DNA of 64,000 nt from an uncultured Verrucomicrobiae bacterium (GTDB lineage Bacteria; Verrucomicrobiota; Verrucomicrobiia; Chthoniobacterales; JAFAMB01). The stretch is taken from positions 490,230 through 554,229 of the forward strand of contig CAWEXO010000011.1 of NCBI GenBank assembly GCA_963813025.1, given 5' to 3'. The position numbers and the translations under genes are program-made. This document shows, piece by piece, positions 9,397 through 17,510 of this stretch. The notes under the pieces are model-generated. The model did not search any database. It was not told the origin of the DNA and saw only the letters and a program-made list of their open reading frames with translations. Numbering within the stretch: the stretch's first letter is position 1; the number at the start of each line of letters is the position of its first letter.

Positions 9397-9659
9397 TTTG
9401 TTACAGAACAGGGATTACCGCGCTGGTCATTTGTCAACGATGGCGGACAATGGCCGATGACCAATGACCAATGGCCGATGAGCAGCTCGGTCAGGACATC
9501 GGTAACACTATATCGTTAAGATAAGTTTGACTGTTCAATGTGAAAGTTGCACCGATTGGCAAATCTGGCCGGCTCCGTTTTTGCGTTTGACAGGCTGGAG
9601 CGAGGAACGAGCGAACAGTCGATGCCCCCTGCCAGCGCCTTGAGCGCAAGCTCTACTCA

Positions 9660-9869
9660 CTGTTCCATAGGCTCACTCTTTTTTTGGGCATGACCGAAGT
9701 TTACGATGAGATGAATCTGCAGTTCCGGGGCGCTTTGGCGATCAATTTGCTTGAGAAAGTCGCAACCACTCCACATGGGGGTGCTTTCGTTTGGCGAAGG
9801 ATCCCTCGAGGTAACTTCCGGTCGCCAAATAGTCAAGATGCCGCGGCGTTTGTAATCATGACGCCGGAC
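9660..9869 (-). pseudogene. relic of an IS630-family transposase (internal fragment, truncated by the IS630 insertion at 9871)
   Basis: The minus-strand translation is RRHDYKRRGILT...CDFLKQIDRQSAPELQIHLIVNFGHAQKK. It parallels RTHDYYRHGTVTL...EWLRFLKHIDEQTPPQVGLHLLVDNYSAHK of the IS630 copy at 46.6-47.8 kb. The DDE-region motif is degraded and the fragment ends abruptly at the IS630-A boundary. Confidence 0.55.
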
Positions 9870-9927
9870 CTAGTACTTAGTTGCTTTAGTTCTTTATATT
9901 TATGAAAAATTATGATTTGTTGGATGG

Positions 9928-10188
9928 ATGGCAACGGGTCGCATCAAACTTTCTGTGGAAAAGCGCAAGCTCTTGGAGGGTTGGAGTCGAGCGCAACGGG
10001 TCGAACACCGGCTCAAGGTCAGGAGTCAGATTATCTTGAAGGCGGCAGCGGGCTTGAGTGGACGTGCGATTGCCAAGAGCCTGCGCATTCCCGAGGTGAC
10101 GGTGAGTAAATGGCGGCGGCGCTTTGTGCGCCAAGGCCTGGCCGGCTTGGAAGACGCGCCACGCAGTGGAAAGCCGGCCAAGTTATGA
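9928..10188 (+). CDS. IS630 transposase, N-terminal HTH part (orfA; frameshifted relative to orfB)
   Basis: 86 aa. HTH region SGRAIAKSLRIPEVTVSKWRRRF, then LAGLEDAPRSGKPAK, then a stop. The reading frame continues in the +1 frame as YDQMTVKRVL. Confidence 0.8.
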   Translation: MATGRIKLSVEKRKLLEGWSRAQRVEHRLKVRSQIILKAAAGLSGRAIAKSLRIPEVTVSKWRRRFVRQGLAGLEDAPRSGKPAKL

Positions 10189-10993
10189 TCAAATGACGGT
10201 CAAGCGGGTCTTGGCGCTGCTGGATGAAGATCCACCGGCGGGCTACGGGCGCTGGAATGGGCGACTGCTGGCGCAGAGTCTGGCCGATGTTTCCTCCGAT
10301 CAAGTCTGGCGCATTTTGCGCCAACAAGGCATTGAATTGGAACGGCGCCGCAGCTGGTGCATTTCCACCGATCCGGAGTTTGTGCGCAAGGCCGCTGACA
10401 TTGTCGGTCTTTATCTCAATCCGCCCCAGAATGCGCTCATCTTGGCCATTGATGAAAAACCAGCCATTCAAGCCCTGGAAAGAGCCCAAGGTTGGATTCG
10501 CTTGCCCAATGGCAGGGCGCTGACGGGTTTTAGCCACGAGTACAAGCGCCATGGCACCTCCACTCTCTTTGCCGCCCTCAACATTGCCAGCGGCCAAGTG
10601 CAGGCTGGTCATTACCGGCGCCAGCGCCGACGGGAATTCCTGGAGTTTATGAACCAGGTAGTTGCCGGAAATCTCGACAAAGAAATTCATGTGGTCTTAG
10701 ACAACCTTGCGACCCATAAGCCAAAGCAAGATCGCTGGTTGAAGGCTCACCCCAATGTGCATTTTCATTTCACTCCAACCCACGCTTCTTGGCTCAACCA
10801 GATTGAGATCTGGTTTAGTATCTTGAGCCGCCAAGCCCTCCAGGGGGCAAACTTCACCAGCGTGGCAGAGCTGCGCAACGCCATCGACACCTTCATCAAG
10901 AACTACAATAACAATGCGGCTCCCTTCGAATGGACCAAATCCCAGGTACATCAGGGGAGAGTCGCCATACATATAACTAACTTACGCAATTAG
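10124..10993 (+). CDS. IS630 transposase, DDE catalytic part (orfB)
   Basis: Motifs LILAIDEKPAIQALE, HEYKRHGTSTLFAAL, IHVVLDNLATHK, HFHFTPTHASWLNQIEIWF are typical of the IS630/Tc1-mariner DDE domain. The real N-terminus is supplied by orfA. Confidence 0.85.
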   Translation: MCAKAWPAWKTRHAVESRPSYDQMTVKRVLALLDEDPPAGYGRWNGRLLAQSLADVSSDQVWRILRQQGIELERRRSWCISTDPEFVRKAADIVGLYLNPPQNALILAIDEKPAIQALERAQGWIRLPNGRALTGFSHEYKRHGTSTLFAALNIASGQVQAGHYRRQRRREFLEFMNQVVAGNLDKEIHVVLDNLATHKPKQDRWLKAHPNVHFHFTPTHASWLNQIEIWFSILSRQALQGANFTSVAELRNAIDTFIKNYNNNAAPFEWTKSQVHQGRVAIHITNLRN

Positions 10994-11000
10994 GCACTAG

Positions 11001-12875
11001 TTCTCAAAATAAGCGAGTTCCGAATGCGACGCGACGAACTTCCCGTTCGGCCAGGCAAATTCTTAGAAAATGGTGCAAATCCGATTGGTTCTGGCGACCG
11101 AAGGCCCAGGTTTGCTTTTCTCAGGCCAAAACAATGAAAGTTTTTGGAGTTAGTGCGATTTTGGGCGCCGATACATGCCTCGCCAGGGCATAGCTCTGCC
11201 TTGGAAATTTGAGCGTTCCGCCTAGAGTATCGTCAATAGGCCTGCTTCAGGCAGGTGCCATCCGCCGAAGATTTTCCCAGGCAGCGAAGAAGTCTTTTAG
11301 CCAACTGTTGTAACCCATGATCCGATAAATGATCCTCCGACCGCTGCGCACGATCTGTGCCGGCAACAACACAATGGCATGCAGGAAGCGCCGGAACTCC
11401 ATCTGGACTAGCTCCAGCCCCCTTTGCCGATTGGGCATAAGCAGTCCATACCAGGATTTGAGATTCCAGGCCAGGGCACTGATGACCATGTAAGCCCAAT
11501 TACTGAGGAGATCGTCTACCGGCATGCGCATGGCGTTAACCCCATTTTTGAGTTGCTCGATCACATTTTCCTGGTCACACCGCTGGTTGGCCAGCGCCAC
11601 GATCTCTTGGGCCCGATAATTGGTGTGGTTGGTGAGATAGAAGAAGTATTTAATCTCTTCCAAGAGCACCGTTTCCCCTTTCTGGAGGCTGATGTTTTTG
11701 CGCATCACCACCAGCCGATAGCTGCGTCCGCATTTGAGTGGCTGATAATTAAACTCGGCCACGCTTTCGCCCACCAACTTTTTATTCAAGTACCCCTTAA
11801 AGCGCACAATCGCCTCCTTGATCCGATGGGGCTTACGTCGCGGCTCAGTGGCAATTTCATAGCGAGCCAAGCGTTCAAGCGGCTGCCAGCCTGCTTCCGG
11901 CAAGGCTTCGGCCAGTTGCACTACTTTCTGATGAGCATCCATGCCAAAGAGAAATTTGATCCCTTGGCTATCCCAACGATCTAACTCGGCGCTGAGCGTA
12001 AAATCGCTGTCCCCGCGCAGCGTGATCTCACCGGCATGGGGGCGCACTAACTCGATGGCCCGCTCAATCCATGGCACACATCCTTCATGGCTGACGACGT
12101 TGCCCGGCCGATTAACCAGATAAAGCACTTCTCGGGTGTTTGCCAACGAGACAATCAAGGGCGCATAACCCCAGATGCCTTTGTAGGAAAGCCCTACTCC
12201 GCCTTTGCACGCCCCTAAAGTCGGAGCCATTGTGCCATCGATATCAAGAAAGGCTTGGGCAAGAAAAGCCCGAGGCTGCTTTTTCCACACCCGCTGCCGA
12301 GTCGTGTTGATGGCTTCCAGCAAATCCAGAATCGAGCCTTGGTCAAAGCGCCGGGTGAAATCTCCGCTGGTAGTCGGATCAGGGATACGTTGCGCGCCCA
12401 GACCCTCCAGGAAAGCTTCATCGTTGCGCCGCAACTCGATATCTTCCAGCCGTTGGCCATCGAACAGTGCATTGTAGGCCAGGTTCAACACATGATCGCT
12501 TTCGTGATAGGGCAAATGCCGCTTGAGAAGCTGCACCCGCCCATCGATCTCCTCGGCTAATCCTAGCCGCTGCCCCATTAGATGGATCGCGCCAATACCG
12601 CCGTAGTTTACCGCCCGGTTACGTTCAGCCATCTCAAAATGGATGTTGCTGGCACTCAGCATCGGTGTCGGCTGTTCACTCCATCGCCGCTCAGGATCCA
12701 AACGACGTTCGATTCGGCGCTTGCGATTACGCAGGATCTTCGGATAACTTCTACTCACTCGAAATGCCTTTCTTCCTTGGTCTGGTTAGCTTTGCACTTC
12801 CCAGCAAACCAAGCATCGAAGCGCATTTCGAGCTTTTTTGTCCCCTCATGCGGTTAAATCACGCTTCCTTAAGGA
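11001..12875 (-). mobile_element. IS1380-like (IS4-superfamily) insertion sequence, tandem copy 1
   Basis: 1875 bp bounded by CTAG (10997-11000 and 12876-12879). Imperfect terminal inverted repeats: ttctcaaaataagcgag versus the reverse complement of the other end, tccttaaggaagcgtg. About 99.5% identical to the adjacent copy at an offset of 1878 nt. Confidence 0.8.
11247..12758 (-). CDS. DDE transposase, IS1380-like
   Basis: 503 aa. Motifs FLDIDGTMAPTLGACKGGVGLSYKGIWGYAPL, ITLRGDSDF, YFFYLTNHTNY, QRCDQENVIEQLKNG. This resembles the IS1380/ISEcp1-type layout. The family assignment is by eye. Confidence 0.8.
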   Translation of the reverse strand: MSRSYPKILRNRKRRIERRLDPERRWSEQPTPMLSASNIHFEMAERNRAVNYGGIGAIHLMGQRLGLAEEIDGRVQLLKRHLPYHESDHVLNLAYNALFDGQRLEDIELRRNDEAFLEGLGAQRIPDPTTSGDFTRRFDQGSILDLLEAINTTRQRVWKKQPRAFLAQAFLDIDGTMAPTLGACKGGVGLSYKGIWGYAPLIVSLANTREVLYLVNRPGNVVSHEGCVPWIERAIELVRPHAGEITLRGDSDFTLSAELDRWDSQGIKFLFGMDAHQKVVQLAEALPEAGWQPLERLARYEIATEPRRKPHRIKEAIVRFKGYLNKKLVGESVAEFNYQPLKCGRSYRLVVMRKNISLQKGETVLLEEIKYFFYLTNHTNYRAQEIVALANQRCDQENVIEQLKNGVNAMRMPVDDLLSNWAYMVISALAWNLKSWYGLLMPNRQRGLELVQMEFRRFLHAIVLLPAQIVRSGRRIIYRIMGYNSWLKDFFAAWENLRRMAPA

Positions 12876-12879
12876 CTAG

Positions 12880-14754
12880 TCTCAAAATAAGCGAGTTCCG
12901 AATGCGACGCGACGAACTTCCCGTTCGGCCAGGCAAATTCTTAGAAAATGGTGCAAATCCGGTTGGTTCTGGCGACCGAAGGCCCAGGTTTGCTTTTCTC
13001 AGGCCAAAACAATGAAAGTTTTTGGAGTTAGTGCGATTTTGGGCGCCGATACATGCCTCGCCAGGGCATAGCTCTGCCTTGGAAATTTGAGCGTTCCGCC
13101 TAGAGTATCGTCAATAGGCCTGCTTCAGGCAGGTGCCATCCGCCGAAGATTTTCCCAGGCAGCGAAGAAGTCTTTTAGCCAACTGTTGTAACCCATGATC
13201 CGATAAATGATCCTCCGACCGCTGCGCACGATCTGTGCCGGCAACAACACAATGGCATGCAGGAAGCGCCGGAACTCCATCTGGACTAGCTCCAGCCCCC
13301 TTTGCCGATTGGGCATAAGCAGTCCATACCAGGATTTGAGATTCCAGGCCAGGGCACTGATGACCATGTAAGCCCAATTACTGAGGAGATCGTCTACCGG
13401 CATGCGCATGGCGTTAACCCCATTTTTGAGTTGCTCGATCACATTCTCCTGGTCACACCGCTGGTTGGCCAGCGCCACGATCTCTTGGGCCCGATAATTG
13501 GTGTGGTTGGTGAGATAGAAGAAGTATCTAATCTCTTCCAAGAGCACCGTTTCCCCTTTCTGGAGGCTGATGTTTTTGCGCATCACCACCAGCCGATAGC
13601 TGCGTCCGCATTTGAGTGGCTGATAATTAAACTCGGCCACGCTTTCGCCCACCAACTTTTTGTTCAAGTACCCCTTAAACCGCACAATTGCCTCCTTGAC
13701 CCGAAGGGGCTTACGTCGCGGCTCAGTGGCAATTTCATAGCGAGCCAAGCGTTCCAGCGGCTGCCAGCCTGCTTCCGGCAAGGCTTCGGCCAGTTGCACT
13801 ACTTTCTGATGAGCATCCATGCCAAAGAGAAATTTGATCCCTTGGCTATCCCAACGATCTAACTCGGCGCTGAGCGTAAAATCGCTGTCCCCGCGCAGCG
13901 TGATCTCACCGGCATGGGGGCGCACCAACTCGATGGCCCGCTCAATCCATGGCACACATCCTTCATGGCTGACGACGTTGCCCGGCCGATTAACCAGATA
14001 AAGCACTTCTCGGGTGTTTGCCAACGAGACAATCAAGGGCGCATAACCCCAGATGCCTTTGTAGGAAAGCCCTACTCCGCCTTTGCACGCCCCTAAAGTC
14101 GGAGCCATTGTGCCATCGATATCAAGAAAGGCTTGGGCAAGAAAAGCCCGAGGCTGCTTTTTCCACACCCGCTGCCGAGTCGTGTTGATGGCTTCCAGCA
14201 AATCCAGAATCGAGCCTTGGTCAAAGCGCCGGGTGAAATCTCCGCTGGTAGTCGGATCAGGGATACGTTGCGCGCCCAGACCCTCCAGGAAAGCTTCATC
14301 GTTGCGCCGCAACTCGATATCTTCCAGCCGTTGGCCATCCAACAGTGCATTGTAGGCCAGGTTCAACACATGATCGCTTTCGTGATAGGGCAAATGCCGC
14401 TTGAGAAGCTGCACCCGCCCATCGATCTCCTCGGCTAATCCTAGCCGCTGCCCCATTAGATGGATCGCGCCAATACCGCCGTAGTTTACCGCCCGGTTAC
14501 GTTCAGCCATCTCAAAATGGATGTTGCTGGCACTCAGCATCGGTGTCGGCTGTTCACTCCATCGCCGCTCAGGATCCAAACGACGTTCGATTCGGCGCTT
14601 GCGATTACGCAGGATCTTCGGATAACTTCTACTCACTCGAAATGCCTTTCTTCCTTGGTCTGGTTAGCTTTGCACTTCCCAGCAAACCAAGCATCGAAGC
14701 GCATTTCGAGCTTTTTTTGTCCCCTCATGCGGTTAAATCACGCTTCCTTAAGGA
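12880..14754 (-). mobile_element. IS1380-like insertion sequence, tandem copy 2
   Basis: Head-to-tail with copy 1, separated only by CTAG 12876-12879. It ends at CTAG 14755-14758. It differs from copy 1 by a few substitutions (for example A11084 versus G12962) and a T6/T7 run difference (12834-12839 versus 14712-14718). Confidence 0.8.
13125..14636 (-). CDS. DDE transposase, IS1380-like (second copy)
   Basis: 503 aa. Four amino-acid differences from the 11247-12758 product (F/L in NALFDG, HRI/LRV in RRKPHRIKE, K/R in EEIKYFF). Confidence 0.8.
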   Translation of the reverse strand: MSRSYPKILRNRKRRIERRLDPERRWSEQPTPMLSASNIHFEMAERNRAVNYGGIGAIHLMGQRLGLAEEIDGRVQLLKRHLPYHESDHVLNLAYNALLDGQRLEDIELRRNDEAFLEGLGAQRIPDPTTSGDFTRRFDQGSILDLLEAINTTRQRVWKKQPRAFLAQAFLDIDGTMAPTLGACKGGVGLSYKGIWGYAPLIVSLANTREVLYLVNRPGNVVSHEGCVPWIERAIELVRPHAGEITLRGDSDFTLSAELDRWDSQGIKFLFGMDAHQKVVQLAEALPEAGWQPLERLARYEIATEPRRKPLRVKEAIVRFKGYLNKKLVGESVAEFNYQPLKCGRSYRLVVMRKNISLQKGETVLLEEIRYFFYLTNHTNYRAQEIVALANQRCDQENVIEQLKNGVNAMRMPVDDLLSNWAYMVISALAWNLKSWYGLLMPNRQRGLELVQMEFRRFLHAIVLLPAQIVRSGRRIIYRIMGYNSWLKDFFAAWENLRRMAPA

Positions 14755-14755
14755 C

Positions 14756-14854
14756 TAGTGTAGCGTCTCTTAAATAATGGTGAGTCATTTTTGGAGGATT
14801 CCCCAGAAGCGGAACAGATAAAAGTGTCACTATGATTTCAGAGACACATGACTA
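14756..14854. mobile_element. 95-bp MITE (IS630-type, TA-flanked), copy 1
   Basis: Positions 14758-14852 are identical to 47777-47871. The element is flanked by TA inside CTAG on both sides. Terminal inverted repeats are gtgtagcgtctct and the reverse complement gtcatgtgtctct. The left end shares GTC..TTAAATAA with the IS630 copy B end. Confidence 0.65.
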
Positions 14855-14908
14855 GCTTACAGCTCGTTTATTATTACCAGCTATTTAACAAAGATGACAT
14901 TAGTTACT

Positions 14909-15274
14909 TTAGGACGGGAATGTATAGGAGATCGGGAGAAGGTACACGCCACTTACTGAGGGTTTGAATTGCCAGTGCAAGTGTACCCAGCGGGAAGAAT
15001 AAGCTGCCAAGATCGCGCTGGTGGATTCTGCGGTCACCTTTATCATTTTACCCTTCACCACCTGGATGCGAACTTGGACATCGCATTTAAGCTTAAGGGA
15101 GCGTACCTCCTGGGGATAAGTTGGTATTGGGTGCTGGCTGGCAACCCGGTCGAGCGCGATTCCCGTAACGACTAGTGGTTTGAGTTCCGCTGCTAACGAT
15201 TGGTAAGCAGTCGACGAGAAGATAGTGATTGTTATGATCGCGATAAAACTTCGAATAAGCCTGAGTTTTGACAT
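14909..15274 (-). CDS. small exported protein with TonB C-terminal-like domain
   Basis: Best start is MSKLRLIRSF (ATG at 15274), followed by a hydrophobic signal/anchor. The C-terminal pattern PIPTYPQEVRSLKLKCDVQVRIQVVKGKM resembles the TonB_C fold. The region is AT-richer than its surroundings. Confidence 0.5.
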   Translation of the reverse strand: MSKLRLIRSFIAIITITIFSSTAYQSLAAELKPLVVTGIALDRVASQHPIPTYPQEVRSLKLKCDVQVRIQVVKGKMIKVTAESTSAILAAYSSRWVHLHWQFKPSVSGVYLLPISYTFPS

Positions 15275-15395
15275 AGATATGTTATCTCTAATTGGTTCTT
15301 GGTAATTGCACGGTAGGTTACAGCGTGCCGATTTTTTGTCTGTAACCCGAACGGATGAAGGACGACTGGTGCGGTGACCGTGTACAGAGCATGCC

Positions 15396-15523
15396 TTAGC
15401 CATTGATCAAGCGTTTGACGCCTGGCTGAGTTTCATCAAAACTAACAAGATAGCCGAGGCGGAGATTGGCCAGGCGGGTGTACGTCAGAACTTGCTTCGG
15501 GTACAGCCGGGAGCGGCTTTGAT
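15396..15523 (-). pseudogene. C-terminal relic of a GxxExxY / PD-(D/E)XK_3 family gene
   Basis: The minus-strand translation ...YPKQVLTYTRLANLRLGYLVSFDETQPGVKRLING stop matches the conserved tail of that family (QLLxYLKxxxLxLGLLINF...KR). It is preceded by an in-frame TGA and further stops. Confidence 0.4.
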
Positions 15524-16004
15524 TTCAGTGCGAGAAAAATCCGTTCTCAACGAAACAAAATGTAATATTTGTCAATCACTCCGTAGTATTACTGTCCGTG
15601 AAAATCTTGTTTTCCTGCGAGGATTTACGAGGAGGTGAACAGTTTGAAGGTTGACCGGCAAGATGCCAGTGTCACGACGGGAAAGTGGCACAGGCTTCCA
15701 GCCTGTCAGTGGAGTCTGCGCGGATGCTCTGGTTGCGGCTCTGCTGCGCCGTGCACACCGTGGCCTCCGTTCGAGGCTCTCTTGTGCTCCGCCGGCGATT
15801 GCCTTGGAAGTTCATGCGCCGCGGGAGCGGGGCTCGGTCGTTATCAAAGAAATTACCGCCAAGATACCCGGCGCTTTATTTTATCTCGGCGGCAATATCC
15901 CCAGCATTGATGGCCGGCGCGCTTTCAGGAATTTTTGGAACCGCAGCCACTCGTGCGGCAGTCGAGCCATTTGCTGATCAAAAAAAGAGAAGAACTGACC
16001 TGCC

Positions 16005-17372
16005 TCAGCCCTCTCGCTCTTCCCCTGAATCGAGGTTGAGTCCCAACTGAAGGTCGAGTACCGGAATCGTGGGTAGCGAATTCGCACCGATAATCCCCTG
16101 CAGATCCCCGTACATACCTGAGACGCTGTTGAGGACTCCATCGATCTGCTTCTCCCGCGCATTCCAATGGCTGCTAATCGCGCGCTTTTCGCGCTCCAGC
16201 GCCAACTGCATCTGGATAAACGTCTGGAGAATTGCGTTCACCCGTTCGCGGAACTCCGGTCCGGTGAGATACTGATATAGTACGTTCATTTTCTGGTCGC
16301 GCCCTTCGGCCGAGAGTCGCGCATATGCCAGGCTGATGACCTGTTGCCGGAGCACCGTGGCCAGTCCAGGCAGGGCCGTGAGGTCGCAAACCCAGATTCC
16401 TTCAATTTGCTCAAAATGCCGGACGCCGTCCGGCAGAGAAGTGGAGACCAGCACGCCAAACTCCGATTTACCCGCTATCATGTCTTTGCGCACCTTCTCC
16501 AGCCAGCGTTGATTCCAATTTTGCGCGTTTTTTGTTTCCCAAGTGATCGTACCGCAGGTTCGTCCACCGGTTGCCACCACCGTCTGGAGCACGTCCGCGC
16601 CATGCACCCCTTTGGCGATGGCGTGAACCCCATCGGTGGGAAAGCGGGTGTGCAATTCGCGCTCCAAGATCAGCTCGAGTGCCTCCCCCTGCAGTTGCTG
16701 CGAGCCCTGCTCCATTCGTCGGCGCAGATCCTCCGCTGCTAAACGGGCATCATCCCGTTGTTTTTCCAGCTCGGCCTGCTTCAAGCGCAAGGTATCGAGT
16801 TCCGTCTGATATTTTTCGCGAGCCGCCTGGTCCGCCTGGCGGGCAGATTCCCGACCAAGGTTTTCCCTGGTTTCGCAAATCGCTTGGGCGATCGCAGCTT
16901 CTTTCTCGACCTGAAGTTGAGTGACTTTGGCCAAGAGCTCGACCCCTTCCCTGCTCTTTTGCGAGAGCTGATCGGTCAAATTCTGGAGCAAGCTGTTCTG
17001 TTGTTGGAAACGTTCTTCGAACAGTCGTTCCCGGATCTGCGACCGCTCATGCTCTTCTTCAGACGCTTGACGCCGAGCGCGTTCCAACTCGATTCGCGCT
17101 ATGCCCATTAGCCGTTCGTGCTCCGCGCGCGCCTTGAACAGTTGCTCCTGGACGGCACTCAGCTGTTGCTCGTAGCCCTTGGAGAGGTCGGCCACCAGGC
17201 TCGTCCGAACGCTCTCCGAAAACCTGGCTCGCTCTTCGACGAGGTCACGCTGCCTTCGCTGAACAATAGCCTCGCTCAGCGCCTCCCGTAGACGGAAACG
17301 ATGTGCCCGATCGGCTGGGCAAGCAATCTCTTCGTCGAGGCTAATCAAGATGAAATCAGAATCCCCACTCAT
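16005..17372 (-). CDS. DUF2130-family protein (long coiled coil + C-terminal nuclease-like domain)
   Basis: Start taken at MSGDSDF (ATG 17372). About 250 aa of heptad-rich E/Q/R coiled coil. C-terminal motifs GEALELILERELHTRFPTD, KGVHGADVLQTV, GTITWETKNAQNW are typical of DUF2130. Confidence 0.75.
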   Translation of the reverse strand: MSGDSDFILISLDEEIACPADRAHRFRLREALSEAIVQRRQRDLVEERARFSESVRTSLVADLSKGYEQQLSAVQEQLFKARAEHERLMGIARIELERARRQASEEEHERSQIRERLFEERFQQQNSLLQNLTDQLSQKSREGVELLAKVTQLQVEKEAAIAQAICETRENLGRESARQADQAAREKYQTELDTLRLKQAELEKQRDDARLAAEDLRRRMEQGSQQLQGEALELILERELHTRFPTDGVHAIAKGVHGADVLQTVVATGGRTCGTITWETKNAQNWNQRWLEKVRKDMIAGKSEFGVLVSTSLPDGVRHFEQIEGIWVCDLTALPGLATVLRQQVISLAYARLSAEGRDQKMNVLYQYLTGPEFRERVNAILQTFIQMQLALEREKRAISSHWNAREKQIDGVLNSVSGMYGDLQGIIGANSLPTIPVLDLQLGLNLDSGEEREG

Positions 17373-17452
17373 AGAATCAAATCGAGCGCGACTTTGCCGC
17401 CGCACGCTTCTCCATGTTTTCTCTTTAGTCGGTCAGCCGCAAAAGGGAAAGC

Positions 17453-17509
17453 AGCGGGTTGAGCGGCTTGAGCGGCCGTCCGCGCTACGCTCAGGCCGTT
17501 CAACCCGCT
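17453..17509 (-). terminator. long hairpin immediately downstream of kdpD (putative operon terminator)
   Basis: The arm agcgggttgagcggcttgagcg (17453-17474) pairs with 17488-17509 (20/22) around a 13-nt loop. On the minus strand the hairpin starts 2 nt after the kdpD stop and is followed by gctttcccttttg. Confidence 0.5.
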
Positions 17510-17510
17510 T

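Larger units (their letters stand above)
9871..10999 (+). mobile_element. IS630-family insertion sequence, copy A (TA-flanked, inserted at CTAG)
   Basis: About 1125 bp between TA 9871-9872 and TA 10998-10999, each within a CTAG. Imperfect terminal inverted repeats: gtacttagttgctttagtt on the left versus the reverse complement of the right end, gtgcctaattgcgtaagtt. The transposase is split into two overlapping ORFs. Confidence 0.85.

Noticed and set aside
9448-9481. Short direct repeat caatggccgatga x2 upstream of the M42 peptidase gene
   Set aside because: It is only 13 nt, with two copies and no dyad symmetry. This is too little to call an operator or a repeat family.
15635-16050. Three overlapping GC-rich plus-strand ORFs containing TGKMPVS / GFQPVS-like strings
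   Set aside because: They overlap each other and the 3' end of the DUF2130 gene, and they have no family motifs. The segment ggcaagatgccagtgtcac...tggcacaggcttccagcctgtc looks like a short GC-rich repeat-type insertion. With only one instance in this window, nothing can be concluded.
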